In this document: in pieces, positions 63,292 to 64,000 of the stretch | How the letters are laid out: each line of letters opens with the position of its first letter | Numbering within the stretch: position 1 is the stretch's first letter | IMG/VR virus record: IMGVR_UViG_3300034069_000533 | Span: 1,947 to 65,946 of that record | DNA from: a virus | Taxonomy: Duplodnaviria > Heunggongvirae > Uroviricota > Caudoviricetes | Strand: one strand, 5' to 3' | DNA length: 64,000 bases | Notes under the pieces: generated by a model | Told to the model about the DNA's origin: nothing | The model's input: only the letters and a program-made list of their open reading frames with translations | Database searches by the model: none | Position numbers and translations under genes: made by a program

Positions 63292-63711
63292 TTAATTTGG
63301 ATCATCCAACGCAACTACCATGGCAAAATCGGTCCAATTGCGCAGCCAAGCCGCGCCAATATCAACCGACTCCATAGCTCCCGCCGGATTAGATTCGTCA
63401 CTAACCACAGCGAAAGCAATGTCTGGCGCCTGCAACAGCGCCAACGCCAAGCGCCGCCGATTGATCTTCTGCTGTAACACCTTCAGCGCCAAATTCATTC
63501 GGGCGGTAATCTGCCCGGTGTCAAGCGCTGGCTCAGTTGGCTCGCCCGGCAGCAGGTTCCCACCGGATTGCAGAATGCCCATGGCAATCCGCATGCCGGC
63601 CATTTCTGCCACATCCTGCACCGCCTCAGAACGCGACGCGGCGGCAAGCTTCAGATAGGGCGGCTGGCCGGGTACGGGCGCCGCAACGGCCAACGCTTCG
63701 GTTTCGGACAT
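63292..63711 (-). CDS. hypothetical protein
   Basis: AAGGA RBS, late operon. Confidence 0.55.
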   Translation of the reverse strand: MSETEALAVAAPVPGQPPYLKLAAASRSEAVQDVAEMAGMRIAMGILQSGGNLLPGEPTEPALDTGQITARMNLALKVLQQKINRRRLALALLQAPDIAFAVVSDESNPAGAMESVDIGAAWLRNWTDFAMVVALDDPN

Positions 63712-63723
63712 AATTGCGTCCTT

Positions 63724-64000
63724 TTACGGAATTGGAATCGTCAGCGTGCTAGCCGCGACCGAGAATGTGCCGCCATTGCTGGCAATTTGGTCGGTCGTGA
63801 AATCCACATAACCAACGGCAAAATCGTTAGCGGCAGTGCCGGTGCTGACATAATAGACCAGCCCGCGTGCGGTCAAAGTCTGGCCGGCGGCAGTCGTCCA
63901 TTGCACCGCGCCAAGCTGAAACGTCAGCCGATCATTAGCATTATCCAGAGTGACAGTAACGGTTGCCGCAACGCCGCCAGTGGCGTAGCCGTTGCCCGCC
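63724..64000 (-). CDS. phage structural protein, 5' truncated by window
   Basis: TLTARG.V.Y..TGTAA..F.VGY.DF..D.....GTF. Confidence 0.65.
   Translation of the reverse strand, partial: AGNGYATGGVAATVTVTLDNANDRLTFQLGAVQWTTAAGQTLTARGLVYYVSTGTAANDFAVGYVDFTTDQIASNGGTFSVAASTLTIPIP

Noticed and set aside
1-64000. Alternative genetic code (TAG reassigned)
   Set aside because: virB6, virB11 and others end in TAG with the next gene starting immediately; only one internal TAG was found.
1-64000. tRNA or rRNA genes
   Set aside because: No cloverleaf or T-loop (GGTTCGA) signature was noticed by eye; tRNAscan would settle it.

Overview
This window is part of a large tailed-phage genome, probably of an alphaproteobacterium (Acetobacteraceae/Roseomonas-like host, inferred), that also encodes a conjugation system. 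From 1 to about 15.6 kb (+) is a VirB/VirD4 type IV secretion operon (end of virB4, virB5, an eex-like gene, virB6, virB8, a split virB9 with a VirB7-like lipoprotein fused to its C-terminal domain, virB10, virB11, virD4). Phage-type accessory genes are interleaved with it (SpoU methylase, HNH, RtcB, HD hydrolase, CPBP protease). From 16 to 27 kb is an array of small genes in terminator-promoter-RBS cassettes. Twelve promoters between 16.2 and 35.1 kb carry the same 17-bp imperfect palindrome in the -35/-10 spacer. From 27 to 35 kb lie a MOBF relaxase, a Stb/Par-like pair around a candidate oriT, two AT-rich HNH genes and an adenine methylase. From 35.4 to 64 kb (-) are a lysis module, glycanase-rich tail appendages and a contractile-tail morphogenesis operon (baseplate J, spike, hub, tape measure, tube, sheath). 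The same terminator family, RBS style and TCGA avoidance occur across the window, and a GH16 paralog pair links the accessory and structural regions. This argues for one coherent element, a candidate conjugative phage(-plasmid). No tRNA, rRNA, CRISPR array, integrase or capsid/terminase genes were seen. All family calls come from motif recognition by eye, not database searches.
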